The notes below the pieces were generated by a model. That model saw nothing but the letters and a program-made list of their open reading frames with translations, did not search any database and had not been told where the DNA came from. From assembly GCA_964270895.1 (NCBI GenBank), contig OZ185437.1: a DNA stretch of 64,000 bases. One strand, written 5' to 3'. Numbering within the stretch: position 1 is the stretch's first letter; the number at the start of each line of letters is the position of its first letter. Positions 62,361 to 64,000 of the stretch are shown here, piece by piece. The stretch is from Podarcis filfolensis (lineage: Eukaryota). The translations under genes and the position numbers were made by a program.

Positions 62361-63868
62361 CCTAAAGGCGCCCAAGTTTCTGGTTGATTTCAATGGAAAA
62401 GGTTTAAGCAGGTGCCCAGCTCTCTTGTGAATGGGCCGCTGTGCTTGTGCTGTAAACATTTAAGCTTCACGTTGAATAATCCCAAACTGCACCTTGCACA
62501 TTTCGTAGCCGCGCTATTTAACCCCCACCCTGTATATAAGGCGGAGGGTGATGAGAATAGGATGCACACTTCAGGCATCAGATAAACTGATATATACTGC
62601 GAAACTTTTGGCATAATACATTAAGAAGCCACAAAACACTTTCAGTGCAATTCTATATATGTCTACTTAGAAGTAAGCCACAGTGAGTTCCGTGGGAGTT
62701 ACTCTCAAGTAAGCGCGCGTAGTTAAACAGGTTTAACTCTCACTGAAACTGATGGGACCTTAAAGTGCTTCAGTTTGACAGGATGCCCCAGATGTAATAT
62801 TTATTATTTTAAATATATATGCCACAACATATGAGAAGGAATAGCCCTAACAATGACTACTCTCCCCGTCCAACTTTCCCGTCTTGCGCCAGACACCTGC
62901 AGGCCATGAGGACGTTTTTCAATGTGTTTTTCTATATCGCTGGCAGTGAAATGGCATCCTTTCTGTCCTCTTCGGAGCAAGGCAAGAAGTACAACAGCGC
63001 AGCTTTTCTTGATGTTCAACTCCTCATCTGACAGGCAGAATGGGTTTATTCTCGGCTATATCTGGGGAATACTGTAGTTGTCCCCAAGTGAAATATGTTA
63101 GCCTGTTACTTGTGTCCATGGAACTATCTAGCAAAAAACGCTGTAATAGTTACATTAAAATACATTTCGCTTGGATTTTCTTTTCCTGATGCAGAGTTCT
63201 GTCTGTGCCACTCCGGAGTATGTGTATACCAAATCTTTAAAATTTAAAAGCTGATCCGTGAAAAGATTAACCCTCCCCAGTTCTCTCTCAGCCTGCTTCT
63301 GGCGAAATAGGTTTTTTTCCCCTTCCCCACTTGAACCTAAGGCATATTTGTTTTTCTCCTAAAATTGTTTTAGTATAATCAGGGAAGTTTGTAGGATGCG
63401 TGGTTCTGCCCTTTCAAAGCATGTTTGCGGGAGAAGGGAGGGTTTTAATCCGGTTTAGCAGGGAAGTGGGATACGTGGGGCTTCTTCTGGGTTATTAAGC
63501 AATGCAGAGTTCCAGTAACAGGGATGGAGAATCTCTGAAGAATAAACGCAAACGGCAGAACGATTGTCCGAGTGAAGCGACAGCAGATCCTGCTAGGACG
63601 AGATCCAAGCTTGGAAATATGCAAAATAAAAACCAACCCACGCTTTGAAGTTTATCGTATTCCCTCTAAAGTGCTGCCACTCAGCATTCAAGAATGTTAG
63701 CAGTTTAAATGGAAACCGTTTCTGCCCGTTATTCTGTTATTAAATCGAGGTGGGGAGACGCTTTGCAATTTCAATAGAAAGGAAGATTGAAATGGCGGGG
63801 GTGGGGAGAATCTCGTCATACTGATAAAATTATTAGATAGAATTATTTGTGTGGAGCATCTACTCGCG

Positions 63869-63932
63869 TTGCAGGGGGTTGGACTAGATGAGTCTTGAGG
63901 TCCCTTCCAACTCTGCAGTTCTATGGTTCTAT
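63869..63932 (+). mobile_element. CR1/SINE 3' tail
   Basis: ttgcagggggttggactagatgagtcttgaggtcccttccaactct...ttctatg. Confidence 0.8.
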
Positions 63933-64000
63933 ATATTTACCGTAAATTCTATAGCACTTACAGTGCAAAACGGCTACCTAGAATTTGAGGAAAGGGGGTG

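Noticed and set aside
63505-63645. Cyclin E-like or E2F7/8 N-terminus (MQSSSNRDGESLKNKRKRQ...)
   Set aside because: Only a superficial basic patch, with no conserved residues, no donor site and a stop after ~48 codons. No E2F7/E2F8/CCNE coding exon was found in the window.
1-64000. miR-15/16 cluster (DLEU2-like host idea prompted by the E2F promoter)
   Set aside because: No TAGCAGCAC-based mature sequence with a hairpin was found on either strand by eye.
1-64000. CRISPR arrays, operons or other prokaryotic systems
   Set aside because: The sequence is vertebrate. There are no regularly spaced repeat-spacer arrays or dense ORF packing.

Overview
This is eukaryotic DNA from a squamate reptile, most likely a lacertid lizard, judged from the Sauria-type SINEs and the CR1/L2/RTE/Penelope/L1 repeat mix. 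It is mostly intergenic or intronic and rich in transposable elements. I could not recognise any host protein-coding gene. Apart from the retroelement remnants (L1 ORF2 C-terminus, BovB and RTE reverse-transcriptase C-termini, the ORF inside the 2.1-kb element), the ORF track looks like chance ORFs. The main functional landmark is a CpG island at about 60.6-62.3 kb. It carries a dense cluster of E2F-type sites and a CCAAT box, with splice donors on both strands, suggesting a bidirectional G1/S-type promoter. Best hunt items: (1) a full-length 2.08-kb retroelement bounded by a target-site duplication (TSD) with no reverse transcriptase, one interrupted ~215-codon ORF and a structured 5' UTR (half-L1/HAL1-like); (2) an L1 insertion carrying a 3'-transduced segment; (3) SINEs with different tRNA heads on one CR1 tail; (4) several speculative exon chains and micro-exons. 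No CRISPR, rRNA or intact tRNA gene is supported. Repeat boundaries are approximate unless a TSD or terminal inverted repeat (TIR) is quoted.
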